A DNA stretch of 64,000 nucleotides from Longimicrobiales bacterium (GCA_965249725.1 CBDFMQ010000002.1:352001-416000), one strand, 5' to 3'. Positions 50,735-61,158 are shown, counted from the stretch's first letter. A program made the numbers and translations. The notes: generated by a model not told the origin, from the sequence alone.

Positions 50735-52024
50735 ATGGCTTCCCCGACACCCCTCCGCCGTGAGTTGCTCGCCTCCCTGGGAGTCATCTTCGTAGGCGCT
50801 ACGCTGTTCTTGGCGGTGTCCCTCATGACGGTACTCCCCCTCATGCGGTCCACGGGAGGCACTCTGGCCTTCATCCTGACCATCGTCGTTGCCGACCTCG
50901 TCGCCTTCCTCGCGTTCGGCGGTTGGATGCTCAAGAAGGGCCTGATCAAGCCCGTAGAGGCGCTGGTCGATGGGGTCACGCGCATCACCGATGGGGACTA
51001 CCGGTACCGCGTGGAGCTCCCTGAGGGACTCGAGCTCCGGAGCATCACCGAGGGCGTGAACGTCATGGCCGATCGACTCATCGCCGAGCAGCAGGCCCTC
51101 GCCGATAACGTCGAGTCGCTCGATGACACCAACAGACAGTTGGTGGAGGCGCGAAACGAGGTGATCCAAGCGGCACGGCTGGCGTCCGTGGGGACGCTAG
51201 CGGCCGGCATCGCCCATGAGGTCGGGAACCCGCTGGCCGCGATCATCGCCTATGTGGATGTGATCGTCCGCCGGCTGGAGGCCGCTGGAGACGATCCCGA
51301 GTTGCTCCTTTCGATCCGATCGGAGGCGCAACGCATCGACGGGATCGTCAGAGGATTGCTCGACTTCGCTCGGCCCAAACCGGAAGAGGTCGGTCCGATT
51401 CACGTCGGGGAGGTCATCGGGACGGTGCGAGAACTGCTCGAGAATCAGGGCAAGCTGTCCAAGGTCGAACACGGGTGGCAGATCGATGAGGAGTGTCCAC
51501 CGGTTCTGGTCGCCGAGCAGCATCTCGAGCAGGTATTGGTGAATCTCTTATTGAACGCCTTGGACGCACTCGATGAACGCCCCGGTGGGGCGATCAAAGT
51601 GGCCGTCTGGAGTGAGGACGGTCCGGCTGCACACTTCCCTCGCCGCCGTGAAGACGATCCTCCTAGCATCAACTACATGCACCGGCGCAGAGTGGCTCAC
51701 GACTCCGAGGTCGAGGTCCTCGGCACGTTGGAGACGGCCCGGCGCATCGTCGTGATCACTGTGTCCGATAATGGGCCGGGACTCCCTGAATCGAGCACCG
51801 ACCATGTGTTCGATCCGTTCTTCACAACCAAGGAGCCGGGACGCGGGACGGGCCTGGGTCTCTTCATCTCGGCGCGCCTCGTTGGGGGCATGGGCGGCAA
51901 GATCGAGGTCGAGAACCAGCCCGGGGCCGGGGCCCGATTCATGGTACGCCTTCCGGAGGCCGTAGCGGCCGGTGTAATGTCGGAGAAAGCCGAATACTCA
52001 GAGTCAGCGGAGGAAGTAGAGTGA
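50735..52024 (+). CDS. HAMP sensor histidine kinase (PilS2-like)
   Basis: Two close TM helices, HAMP, IAHEVGNPL, NL..NA, DNGPG, FDPFFTTK..G.GTGLGL. Confidence 0.88.
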   Translation: MASPTPLRRELLASLGVIFVGATLFLAVSLMTVLPLMRSTGGTLAFILTIVVADLVAFLAFGGWMLKKGLIKPVEALVDGVTRITDGDYRYRVELPEGLELRSITEGVNVMADRLIAEQQALADNVESLDDTNRQLVEARNEVIQAARLASVGTLAAGIAHEVGNPLAAIIAYVDVIVRRLEAAGDDPELLLSIRSEAQRIDGIVRGLLDFARPKPEEVGPIHVGEVIGTVRELLENQGKLSKVEHGWQIDEECPPVLVAEQHLEQVLVNLLLNALDALDERPGGAIKVAVWSEDGPAAHFPRRREDDPPSINYMHRRRVAHDSEVEVLGTLETARRIVVITVSDNGPGLPESSTDHVFDPFFTTKEPGRGTGLGLFISARLVGGMGGKIEVENQPGAGARFMVRLPEAVAAGVMSEKAEYSESAEEVE

Positions 52025-53409
52025 AGATCCTCGTCATCGATGACGATCAGGGACTCAGACGATCACTCTCGCTGATTCTCGACGAGGGGGGGCACGGCGT
52101 CGTGGTTGCAGCGAACGGTGCCGACGGACTCGCAGCCGCCAGGAACGAGAAACCCGACCTGATCCTCTGCGACGTGCGGATGCCTCAGATGGACGGGCTC
52201 GAGTTCCTGAAGCGGTACCAAGAGGAGGACGGCGGGGCGCTCGTCATCATGATGACCGCCTACGGTAGCGTCGATCTCGCCGTCAAGGCGATGACGGCCG
52301 GCGCGTACGACTACTTGGCCAAGCCTTTCGGTGCCGACGAAGTCCTGCTCACCATCCGGAAGGCGGAGGAGCGCGAGCGCCTTCGGGCCGAGGTGGGACG
52401 GTTGAGGGCCGAGGTCCGCTTTGAGCGTCGGATCGGAGACATCATCGCTCGATCACCGGCGATGATCCGGGCGATCGAGGTGGCCGACAAAGTGGCACGG
52501 CATCAATCGCCGGTGCTTTTGACCGGTGAGTCGGGGACCGGGAAGGAACTCATGGCCCGTCACATCCACCGCCAGAGCGATCGAGCCGACCTACCCTTCG
52601 TGCCCGTGAATTGTGGTGCGATCCCCGAAACGCTGCTCGAGTCCGAGTTCTTCGGTTATGTCCGAGGCGCCTTCACCGGTGCGGAACGGGACAAGGAAGG
52701 ACTATTCGAGATGGCCGATGGTGGCACCCTGTTCCTGGACGAAGTCGGGGAGTTGCCGACGGCGCTGCAGGTGAAGCTCTTGCGCGCCCTTCAGGAGGGC
52801 GAGATCAGACGCTTGGGCGGTGAGGGGACCACCACCGTGAACGTGCGGATTCTGGCCGCGACCAACACCGTGAACGTGCGGATTCTGGCCGCGACCAACA
52901 GAGATCTCGAGGCCGCGGTAAAGGCTGGCGAGTACCGACAGGATCTCTACTACCGGTTGGCCGTGATTCCCATACACCTTCCCCCGCTGAGGGAACGCAC
53001 GGAAGCGATTCCCGATCTCACCTATCACCTTCTCGAGCGTCTCCGCGAACGCCTGAACCTCGGGGTAGAGTCTGTGACCCCTGGAGCGATGAAGGCACTG
53101 TTGGCGTATCCGTGGCCGGGCAATATCCGCGAGTTGGAGAATGTGCTGGAGCAGGCGATCGTGCTCACCGAGGGAGACGCACTCGACGAGGAGAGCCTGT
53201 CCGGGCGCTTGGACGCTACCGACATGATACTCGAACCCGGCTACGCCTCGGACGATCTTTCTGTTAAGCGCCGGTCTGCCGAGCTGGAGAGCCAGCTCAT
53301 CCAACGCGCGCTCGAACGAACGGGTGGGAACCGCTCCAAGGCCGCGGCCTTGCTCGAGCTGTCACCACGTGCCCTGAGGTACAAGATCCAGGACTACGGA
53401 CTCGACTAG
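52021..53409 (+). CDS. Sigma54-dependent response regulator (PilR2-like) with an 11-aa duplication
   Basis: REC domain, [42 protein letters not shown] occurs twice. Confidence 0.9.
   Translation: MKILVIDDDQGLRRSLSLILDEGGHGVVVAANGADGLAAARNEKPDLILCDVRMPQMDGLEFLKRYQEEDGGALVIMMTAYGSVDLAVKAMTAGAYDYLAKPFGADEVLLTIRKAEERERLRAEVGRLRAEVRFERRIGDIIARSPAMIRAIEVADKVARHQSPVLLTGESGTGKELMARHIHRQSDRADLPFVPVNCGAIPETLLESEFFGYVRGAFTGAERDKEGLFEMADGGTLFLDEVGELPTALQVKLLRALQEGEIRRLGGEGTTTVNVRILAATNTVNVRILAATNRDLEAAVKAGEYRQDLYYRLAVIPIHLPPLRERTEAIPDLTYHLLERLRERLNLGVESVTPGAMKALLAYPWPGNIRELENVLEQAIVLTEGDALDEESLSGRLDATDMILEPGYASDDLSVKRRSAELESQLIQRALERTGGNRSKAAALLELSPRALRYKIQDYGLD
52834..52899 (+). repeat. Perfect 33-bp tandem duplication
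   Basis: accgtgaacgtgcggattctggccgcgaccaac, two copies. Confidence 0.95.
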
Positions 53410-53466
53410 AGTCGTAGGCCGCCTCGAGCATACCAACGCCCGCACTACCGCGACATCGTGTAAGCC

Positions 53467-53895
53467 ATGTGTCGCGGTTTTTCGATCCTTGAGCTGGTCG
53501 TCGCTCTCACGCTGATCGCAGTGGGCGTGAGTCTGCTGCTGCCGGCCGCCCGCCGAATCGATGAGCGACTCTCCGTCGTGGCGGCCCGCGAGGAACTCGT
53601 GGGCCTCATCATCCGGGCCCGTGGCCTCGCGCGCCTACACGGGGAGGCCGCCCTGGTCCTTGAGACAGGGCCTGCCAAGGCCTGGATCTCGGCGGGTGAC
53701 ACGATCCGCGAAATCATCGACCTCCGTGAGCTCCACCAGGCGGACCTGTTCATCTCCGGTGGGCGTGCCAGCGCTGAACTCCGTTTCGATGGCCTGGGCC
53801 TGGGGCGAATGGCGGCCCGCTCCATGACGCTGAGGCGAGGTCGCGCTCTGGCGCGCCTCGTGGTGTCGGCCTACGGCCGGATCCGGCGAGAATGA
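53467..53895 (+). CDS. FimT/FimU-like minor pilin
   Basis: RG|FSILELVVAL, AR..A, L.FDGLG, VS..GRIR. Confidence 0.75.
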   Translation: MCRGFSILELVVALTLIAVGVSLLLPAARRIDERLSVVAAREELVGLIIRARGLARLHGEAALVLETGPAKAWISAGDTIREIIDLRELHQADLFISGGRASAELRFDGLGLGRMAARSMTLRRGRALARLVVSAYGRIRRE

Positions 53896-54233
53896 CCGAT
53901 AGACGTGGGTTCAGCCTGGTCGAGGTCCTGGTCGCTCTGGTCGTGCTCGAGATCGGCCTGCTCGGGGCGGTGGGTATGACTTGGCAGGCCCAACGGACGG
54001 TTCGGGCGACCGAGACGCACGAAGCGGTTACCCGGGCCGTTGAGGCCTTGGCGGATTCCCTGACCCGCGCCGGATGGACCGGACCGGGGCGCCGAGCAAT
54101 GGCCGGCGGGGAGTTGCGCTGGTCGCTCGCCGGGGCGGGAGTGGTCACGATCTCGTTCCAACGAGATCGTGAGTCGCGGCTAGAGGTTGGCCTCCCGGTG
54201 GGGGGCTCGGTTGGGGGTGCACGTGCTCCGTGA
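53892..54233 (+). CDS. PilV-like minor pilin
   Basis: RRG|FSLVEVLVALVVL.IGLLG. Confidence 0.75.
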   Translation: MTDRRGFSLVEVLVALVVLEIGLLGAVGMTWQAQRTVRATETHEAVTRAVEALADSLTRAGWTGPGRRAMAGGELRWSLAGAGVVTISFQRDRESRLEVGLPVGGSVGGARAP

Positions 54234-54951
54234 GCGCCGAGGGATCGCGGCCGCCGAAGCGCTCGTGTCCCTCCTGCTGGGACTGGCTTTGGTTGGACTC
54301 GGCTGGCGGGCGCTCTCGAGTCAGAGGGTCGTGGCCGGCCGCCTGGTCCACCGGATGGACGTGATCTCGGCCCGCAGGATGACGGCCGCCGTGATCGGGA
54401 GAGATCTCCGGCAGGGGGTGGCCGGTCGTGACTGGCCCGACCCCGCCGGCGACAGTCTTCCCCTGCGAGCCTTCCGGGGGTGGAGCTTGACTTGCTCCAG
54501 CGACCCGCTCCGTCCGGGTACAGCCGTAGTCGCCTACAGAGGTGAGCGATCTCCGAACCCCGCCAAGGACTCCGTTCTGGTCCTGACCGGGGGAGGGTGG
54601 CTGCCTGCCGACCTGGTGAGCAGAGTCGGGAAGGGCAAGGCGCTCTGTCCAACCGGGCTCGAGTCCGACGTGGAGCTGTGGACTCTGGATCCGCCTGTAT
54701 CCGGCTTCTTGATGCGCGTCTTCGAGCGCGGGAGCTATCACATCACCGATGGAGCCCTCCGCTATAGGAGAGGGAGGGGTGGTAGACAGCCGCTCACCGC
54801 CGAAGTGTTCACCAAATCGTCGGCCTTGAACGGGACCCACGGCCGGCTTCTGCTGACGCTGGCGAGCGGGCGGGACGTCTCGAGCGGCACGTGGATGGCG
54901 GAAATCGTCGTGTGGGCGCGGGAGGTCACGTCGTTCCCTATCGACGAGTGA
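54223..54951 (+). CDS. PilW-like minor pilin (divergent)
   Basis: RRG|IAAAEALVSLLLGL, I.RDLRQ, positioned between the pilV-like and pilX-like genes. Confidence 0.6.
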   Translation: MLRERRGIAAAEALVSLLLGLALVGLGWRALSSQRVVAGRLVHRMDVISARRMTAAVIGRDLRQGVAGRDWPDPAGDSLPLRAFRGWSLTCSSDPLRPGTAVVAYRGERSPNPAKDSVLVLTGGGWLPADLVSRVGKGKALCPTGLESDVELWTLDPPVSGFLMRVFERGSYHITDGALRYRRGRGGRQPLTAEVFTKSSALNGTHGRLLLTLASGRDVSSGTWMAEIVVWAREVTSFPIDE

Positions 54952-56111
54952 CCGCCGACCCGTTCCCACGAGTGACCCGCGGCCCGAGTCGACGTGCGAC
55001 GCGCGAGGGGGACGAAAGAGGCTACGTGCTGATCGTGGTCCTGGTTCTGCTCATGGCCACCACGGCCGCCGGGCACAGCCTCCTCGTGCTCGCCCGAGCC
55101 GAGCTCTCGGTTTCCGTCGCCCACTGGGCGGGTCTCGTTCGCCGCCTGGCCGCGGAGGGAGGTGTGCGACTCGCATCAGGCGGTATCGCGCGTATCGGGT
55201 CGCTTCCATTGAAAGCCTGGACCCCGGCTGGGGAGGGCATCATTCCGCCCGGGGCCCGATTCGCATCCACGGCGCTACGGCTCTCCTCGGAGGTCGTGCT
55301 GCTCCGTTCAGAGGCGAGGGTCGATCGGTTTGCCGGTACGCATGTGGTGCTGGGGGTCTATTGGGGGATGCATGCGGAAGCACGGGTCGGGGCCGCCTCA
55401 GGCATCGTGGTGAGCGGTGGGCCGATGATCCTGGGGGGTGGAAGCCGAATCGAGACGTCACGAGTCGGCGAAGCACCGCCGCCTTGGTCCGAGGCTCGTT
55501 GTGCCGAATATCGGCCGGGGCTCGACACGCTCTTCGGCGGTGGTGTGCCCGCCTGGGCGGATCTGAGGAAGGAGGGAGCGGCCTTCGGCTTCCTAGAAGA
55601 CCGGGCGATGGAGGGCGGACCTCTGGTACTGCCTTCCCTCGGACTTCTCGACCACGAAGCACTCTTGGAAGGGGCCCAGGTGTCGGCTCCGAGCCCGGCC
55701 TCCCCCGCACCGAGCAGAGTGGGACCGAGGTGCGATCAGACGTCTCCCCTGAACTGGGGGGCACCCATGGACCCGCTGGATCCATGTGCAGAGTATCGAC
55801 CCGTCGTGGTATCGGAAGGCCCACTGACCATGCGGGGCGGCGTAGGGCAGGGCGTGCTCCTGGTCGTCGGAGACGCCATCCTCTCCTCGGGAGCTCAGTA
55901 TTTCGGTGTGGTCGTCGTCGCGGGCGATCTCTCGGTTCGAAGCGGAGCCCGGATCAGTGGCTTGGTACGTGTCGGGGGGACCGTCTCGCTCGACGGCGGC
56001 TCCGAGGTCGTGGGCTCGTCCTGCGCGGCCCTCGCAGCACTCGAGTCCGCCGTGTCTCTGCAAGGCCTGATCCCGCTTCCGGAAGGGTTCTGGCTAGACG
56101 ACCCGTACTGA
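54948..56111 (+). CDS. PilX-like minor pilin
   Basis: ERG|YVLIVVLVLL lacking Glu5, LAAEGG, C-terminal G.G.LLV.GD...G...GVVVV.G beta-helix-like repeats. Confidence 0.68.
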   Translation: MTADPFPRVTRGPSRRATREGDERGYVLIVVLVLLMATTAAGHSLLVLARAELSVSVAHWAGLVRRLAAEGGVRLASGGIARIGSLPLKAWTPAGEGIIPPGARFASTALRLSSEVVLLRSEARVDRFAGTHVVLGVYWGMHAEARVGAASGIVVSGGPMILGGGSRIETSRVGEAPPPWSEARCAEYRPGLDTLFGGGVPAWADLRKEGAAFGFLEDRAMEGGPLVLPSLGLLDHEALLEGAQVSAPSPASPAPSRVGPRCDQTSPLNWGAPMDPLDPCAEYRPVVVSEGPLTMRGGVGQGVLLVVGDAILSSGAQYFGVVVVAGDLSVRSGARISGLVRVGGTVSLDGGSEVVGSSCAALAALESAVSLQGLIPLPEGFWLDDPY

Positions 56112-56219
56112 TCCGCCCTCTACTTCGATCGAGCTACGCCTCGGACTCCGTCGAATCTAATTGTGGCCCCGAAGTGGCGGTGTGCGTATCGTTTAGTGGC
56201 GCTTTGAGTGACGAATCGG

Positions 56220-56305
56220 GCGCCACGTCGGGCCCCGCGTAGGGCACCACGTCGAGCACCACGTCGAGCAGCACCGTCGAGCACCACCGTAGAGCATCAC
56301 CGGGA
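56220..56305. repeat. Degenerate 12-13-bp tandem array (7 units, consensus GCACCAC(C)GTCGA)
   Basis: gcgccacgtcgg gccccgcgtagg gcaccacgtcga gcaccacgtcga gcagcaccgtcga gcaccaccgtaga gcatcaccggga. Confidence 0.8.
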
Positions 56306-56422
56306 GTCGGTTTCCCACAAATGGGGTTTTTGAGGGGGCATTTCTTTCCGCGTAGGGAAAGACTTGGCCGTTTTGAAGAGCGATTCGGGACGCGCCGGCC
56401 CGTACCTGATAGCATTTCGGTA

Positions 56423-56438
56423 TGGCACGGATCTCGCG
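56423..56438 (+). promoter_or_regulatory. Sigma54 -24/-12 promoter candidate upstream of pilM
   Basis: TGGCACGGATCTCGCG: GG (56424-25), N10, GC (56436-37). Confidence 0.5.
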
Positions 56439-56548
56439 AGGGAGCCTCCGGGTCGTTTCTCACGGACCAGGCGCGAGATTGGATGAGAATGATCGAAGTA
56501 TCATCAAATGTTTACCAATCTTTTGAATTGCGCTTCACGAAAAATCTC

Positions 56549-56578
56549 TTGACAATGCTTGGATTCTAGTGGTAACCT
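56549..56578 (+). promoter_or_regulatory. Sigma70-type promoter candidate upstream of pilM
   Basis: TTGACA-N18-TAACCT with an extended TGG, in an AT-rich stretch. Confidence 0.55.
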
Positions 56579-56631
56579 GATTCAGGTTTCAGATAAATAT
56601 ATGTTCCTGTGCCCCACAAGATGAGGGCTGA

Positions 56632-57669
56632 ATGGGCCTCTTCGGACGCAGCAAACAGTCGGTAGGACTGGATATCGGCAGCGGCTTTGTCAAAGTCGTG
56701 GTTGTCGATCATTCCGGTGACCAGCCCGAGGTTAGCCGTGTCGCGATGCGTCCGCTCGTAGCGGATGCGATCGTGGAGGGCGAGGTCATGGACCCCGGTC
56801 TGGTGGCCGACACTGTCCGAGGTCTCTTCCAGGAGATGGGCCTGAAGAGCAAAGACGTGATCACGGCGGTGGGGGGGCACGACGTGATCATCAAGAAGAT
56901 CGAGATGGATCGGATGAAGGAGTCCGACGCTCGAGAGGTCATCCGCTGGGAAGCGGAGCAGCACGTTCCGTTCGACATCAAGAGCGTCGAGTTGGATTTC
57001 CAGATTCTGAACCCCTTCGACGAGGGCCTCCAAATGGAGATCCTCCTGGTGGCTGCCAAACGGGAGCTCGTCGACAACAAGGTCAGCCTCCTCCTGGACG
57101 CCGGCCTTTCTCCAGTAGCCATCGACGTAGACGCCTTCGCGCTCCACAACGCTTTCGAGCACAACTACCCGGAGGCCATGGAGGGCATCGTCGCTTTGGT
57201 CAACGTCGGCCATGAGACGACCAACGTTAACGTGCTCGAGAACGGCAACCCCATCCTGACGCGGGACATCCCGTTCGGATCGAGGCGGGTGCGCGAGGAT
57301 CTGCAGAGAGAAAAGGGGCTCACGGCCGAGCAAGCGGAAGACGTCGTGCAGGGCCGAGAGGAACTTGCGGATCTGTCCACCCTGGTCGACGCGAGCGCAG
57401 ATGAGGTGGCGGTCGGAATCGAGCGGGCGTCTGCGTTCCTGATGACGAGGCAAGACGGTGGCGGCTTGGGGCGTATCTACCTGAGTGGTGGTGGAGCGCG
57501 GATTCCCGGCATGACCAGTGCACTGAGTACCCGCATGAACTTGGAAACCGACTTGGTGAACCCGTTCGAACAGGTCCCGGTACAGCCGGCGGCCTCGGAG
57601 ACGATCCTACTAGAGGAGGCGGCGCCGATGTTGCTGCTTCCCCTGGGCCTGGCCTTGCGGCCGCTCTAA
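56632..57669 (+). CDS. pilM: Type IV pilus assembly protein PilM
   Basis: VGLDIGS..VK, WEAEQHVPF, LDFQIL, LLVAAK, DVDAFAL.N, LSGGGA, LGLALR. Confidence 0.95.
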   Translation: MGLFGRSKQSVGLDIGSGFVKVVVVDHSGDQPEVSRVAMRPLVADAIVEGEVMDPGLVADTVRGLFQEMGLKSKDVITAVGGHDVIIKKIEMDRMKESDAREVIRWEAEQHVPFDIKSVELDFQILNPFDEGLQMEILLVAAKRELVDNKVSLLLDAGLSPVAIDVDAFALHNAFEHNYPEAMEGIVALVNVGHETTNVNVLENGNPILTRDIPFGSRRVREDLQREKGLTAEQAEDVVQGREELADLSTLVDASADEVAVGIERASAFLMTRQDGGGLGRIYLSGGGARIPGMTSALSTRMNLETDLVNPFEQVPVQPAASETILLEEAAPMLLLPLGLALRPL

Positions 57670-57688
57670 CTAGGACGAGGAACGCCCC

Positions 57689-58354
57689 TTGATCGAGGTC
57701 AATCTCCTTCCCGGAGTAAAAAGGCGCGCCACGAAGAAGGGCCGTGGCGGGCTTCTTTTCTCCATTCCGAGCATTTCGGCCATTCCGGCCGATCCGTATA
57801 TCCTCGGGGCTATCGCGACGGTGGTTGTCACGGTGGGGTTGCTGGGGTGGTGGTATCTCGGTCTTTCCTCGAGCACGGAAGAAGTCGAGGTGGCCCTGGT
57901 CGAAGCCGTCAGTGATTCCGCCAACTATGCGGATCTCATTCAACGGAATGAGCAGCTGACCGCACGCCGTGATTCGATTGCCGAGAAGGTCGACATCATT
58001 CAGGAGATCGACGCGGGACGGTACATCTGGCCCCATGTACTCGATGAGGTGGCCAGAGCTCTGCCGGACTATACGTGGCTCTCCCAGGTTCTCCAGGTCA
58101 CCGTAGGCGAGACCATCGAGTTCCAGATTCACGGCAAGGCCGGAAACAACTTCGCCCTGACCTCGTTCGGTGAGGCGCTCGAGGGGTCTCCGTTCATCAG
58201 GAACGTGGCGTTGGTGCAGACGGAGCAGGTGCTCGAGCCCACGGGCCAGCTCGTCTTCGTCTTCCAGTTGGACGCGGCATTCGAAGTTCCGCCGATGGAG
58301 CTTCTGGAGACGGTCCCGCTTTTCGGGTCCAATCCTTTGGACGGTAATCGGTAG
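57689..58354 (+). CDS. pilN: Type IV pilus assembly protein PilN
   Basis: MIEVNLLP, TM helix, coiled coil, LP..TWL, LE.SPF. Confidence 0.9.
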   Translation: MIEVNLLPGVKRRATKKGRGGLLFSIPSISAIPADPYILGAIATVVVTVGLLGWWYLGLSSSTEEVEVALVEAVSDSANYADLIQRNEQLTARRDSIAEKVDIIQEIDAGRYIWPHVLDEVARALPDYTWLSQVLQVTVGETIEFQIHGKAGNNFALTSFGEALEGSPFIRNVALVQTEQVLEPTGQLVFVFQLDAAFEVPPMELLETVPLFGSNPLDGNR

Positions 58355-58362
58355 GCGACGAC

Positions 58363-58950
58363 ATGGCTCTGATTCCTGAAGATTCGAAACAGAAAAACGC
58401 CCTCGCCGGCATCGTTTTCTGCCTCGTGGCGCTGTACTTCGCCAATAGCTTGTGGTACAGCGGAGCCAAAGAGGATCTCGCAGCGCAGCAGGCGCGCCTG
58501 GAGAACCTCGATACGCAGAATCGCGTGGCGCAGACCCTAGCGATCAGCGGTGGCCGGGACCTCGAAGAGCGCATGGCGGTCTACGAGCGACACATCTCGC
58601 AGCTCGAACAGTTGATCCCCGAGTCGGGTGAGGTGCTGACCCTACTCGCGGAGATGAACCGCGTGGCCCGAGACGTGGGAGTCGATCTGGACCTGATGCG
58701 GCCCGAGGCGAGCGAGCCCGGTGCGTTCTATACCAAAGAGACCTTCGAGATTCGGGTCCTCGGCGACTACCACGAAGTAGGCCGGTTCTTGACACGAATT
58801 GCCTCACTTCCGCGGATCATCACGCCGAGCGACCTGCAGATCGAACCGTACGCCGACCAGAGGGGGGTGAGCGAATACCAGGCCCCCATACAGGTCACCT
58901 TCCGAATCCAGACGTATGTGGTACCGGACCGTGAGGGGGGAGGCCCATGA
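58363..58950 (+). CDS. pilO: Type IV pilus assembly protein PilO
   Basis: TM helix, coiled coil, LIP...E...LL, FY, G.YH..GRFL.RIA.LPRII. Confidence 0.9.
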   Translation: MALIPEDSKQKNALAGIVFCLVALYFANSLWYSGAKEDLAAQQARLENLDTQNRVAQTLAISGGRDLEERMAVYERHISQLEQLIPESGEVLTLLAEMNRVARDVGVDLDLMRPEASEPGAFYTKETFEIRVLGDYHEVGRFLTRIASLPRIITPSDLQIEPYADQRGVSEYQAPIQVTFRIQTYVVPDREGGGP

Positions 58951-59435
58951 CCGGCAAGCTCCTTTCCCGGTTCGTCATGGTCGCCGTGTTCCTTGCCGTG
59001 ATGCCCGGAGCCGTGTGGGCCCAGGATCCGGCCGGCCCTGCGACACAGGACTCGACCGAACTCTCGTTCGAGAGAGAAGTCTTCGAGTATCCGCAGTACG
59101 CGCGTCGGAATCCCTTCGCGCCGCTTCTGTCGGCCGAGGGGGGCGGGCCCCGTTGGGAACGCCTCGTTCTTCTGGGGATCGTCTTCTCGTCCGATGGGAC
59201 AAACAGCGTTGCACTCTTCGGTGAGGGGACCAGAAACACCGACACCGATGGCGAAGAGACGGTCGATGTGACCGGGAGTACTTATCGCCTTCGAATCGGA
59301 GAGAGTGTGGGGAATACCACCGTCCAGGACATTCAACGTCTCCACGTGGTCGTCGAGGTTGAAGAGTTCGGACTTACTGAGACGCGCATTATGGAAATGC
59401 CGAATCGCACTGCGGGCCAAGGAGGCCCTGAATGA
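58947..59435 (+). CDS. PilP-like protein
   Basis: RRNPF.PL and L.GIV motifs, positioned between pilO and pilQ. No lipobox Cys. Confidence 0.65.
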   Translation: MTGKLLSRFVMVAVFLAVMPGAVWAQDPAGPATQDSTELSFEREVFEYPQYARRNPFAPLLSAEGGGPRWERLVLLGIVFSSDGTNSVALFGEGTRNTDTDGEETVDVTGSTYRLRIGESVGNTTVQDIQRLHVVVEVEEFGLTETRIMEMPNRTAGQGGPE

Positions 59436-61158
59436 GCTCCATTCTCGCCGTACTGACTGGTTTGCTCCTGGCGGCCGGTGATCCTGTCACCGCCGTGAGC
59501 ATCGTGCCGAACCTCACACGCACCGAAGTTCTGGTGTCTGTGGAGGGTGCGGTGTCGTATCGGGCGTTCAACATGGAAGGCCCGTCACGCATCGTGTTGG
59601 ATCTCATCAATGCCCAGCACGCCCTACCACAGAAGGATTTCCTGGGGATCAACCGGGGTGGCGTGGTGGCGGTTCGCACCAGCCAATACGCCGAGGACAT
59701 CGTGCGCGTGGTGGTGGAGCTCGAGCGAACGACGGCGTATCTCGTCGAGAGTACCGACGGTACCGTTCGAATCTCGATCGAGAATACCTCCGGGGCTCTC
59801 AATTTCGACCCATGGGAGACGCAGGAGATGTTCTCCTCTCCCGCCCTGCTCGTGGATCCGGCCCCGGTGATTCCGGACGCCGTACCGACCGTGCAGCAGG
59901 CTTCGCGCCGGATTTCGATTTCATTCGACGCCACACCGATTCAGGATGTGCTGTTCACATTCTCAGAGGTCTCGGGCAAGTCGATCGTGCCCGGAGACGC
60001 CGTTGTCGGAACGGTCACGGCTGACATCAGAGACCAGGCCTGGGACGACGCTTTGGAGGTCATTCTCGCCTCGCGAGGACTCATCGGCATCGAGGATGCC
60101 AACGGCATCATTCGGGTTGCCGGAATCGAGAACCTGAATCAGAGGGAGGCCGTCGAGCCTCTGCTGACCGTCCCGTACCGGATCAGCTACGGAACGTCGT
60201 CTGAAATGGCTTTGGCCACGGCCCAGCTCATCAGCGAGCGGGGCCAGGTCGCGGAGGCCCCCGGCACGAACACGGTCATCGTGACCGACATTCAGCGGGT
60301 TCACGACGCCATCAGCGGCCTGATTGCGAGTCTGGACATACCCACGCCGCAGGTCATGATCTCCGCGAAGATCATCTTCGTGAACCGGACCGACCTGTCA
60401 GAGCTCGGGGTGACCTACGAGCTGAAGGACTCGCAGGGGAATCAACTCAACGTTGTCGCCCCCGGATTCGCCGACCTCGATGGTGACGGTGAGGGTGAGG
60501 CGGTCGATATCGGCACGAACGTGTTCACGCTGGGGGGCAATTCGGTTGCCGCCCTCGGCAACGCGGGTGCCCGCATCGCCGCTCCGAGCTTGCGACTGCT
60601 CACCTCCTTGGTGATGGGGCGTCATACACTGGTCAACTTCATCGAGGCTCTCGAGTCGTCGAACCTCTCTGACATTCAAGCAGCACCCTCGGTGACGGTT
60701 GCCGACAACCAGCAGGCTTGCTTGCAGGTCGGTGAGCGGACCCCGATTCGGGTCATCGACGCGGCGGCCGGTGGAGCAGCGGGAGGTGGGTTCCCCACAG
60801 CCAACGTCTCGTTCGAGGAAACGGGGATCATCCTCGAGGCCACGCCCCACATTACCGGTGGCGATCACGTTCTCTTGACGATCCATGCCGAGCGTTCGGC
60901 CGCCGACGTGGCCGAATCCGACATCGGTCTGATTTTCCGGACGCAGAACGCCGACACGAGAGTCCTCGTCCGGGATGGCGAGACCGTTGTCATCGGGGGA
61001 CTCACGGTGACCGAGCTCCAAGAGATCCGGTCTGGAATTCCGCTCCTCATGAATTTGCCCCTTATCGGTGGCCTGTTCCGTACACACACGGAATCACAGG
61101 TCCAGCGGGACCAATGATCTTGGTGACGCCGCACATCGTTCGCGGAGACTTCAACTAG
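59432..61158 (+). CDS. pilQ: Type IV pilus secretin with AMIN domain, frameshifted near 61112
   Basis: AMIN domain, N0/N3 domains, PQVMISAKI, GIILE.TPHI, DGETVVIGGL, GIPLL..LPLIGGLF. The ORF stops at 61117, but the conserved MILVTPHIV continues in the -1 frame to TAG 61158. Confidence 0.9.

Noticed and set aside
56220..56305. CRISPR array
   Set aside because: Units are 12-13 bp and contiguous, with no spacers and no cas genes.
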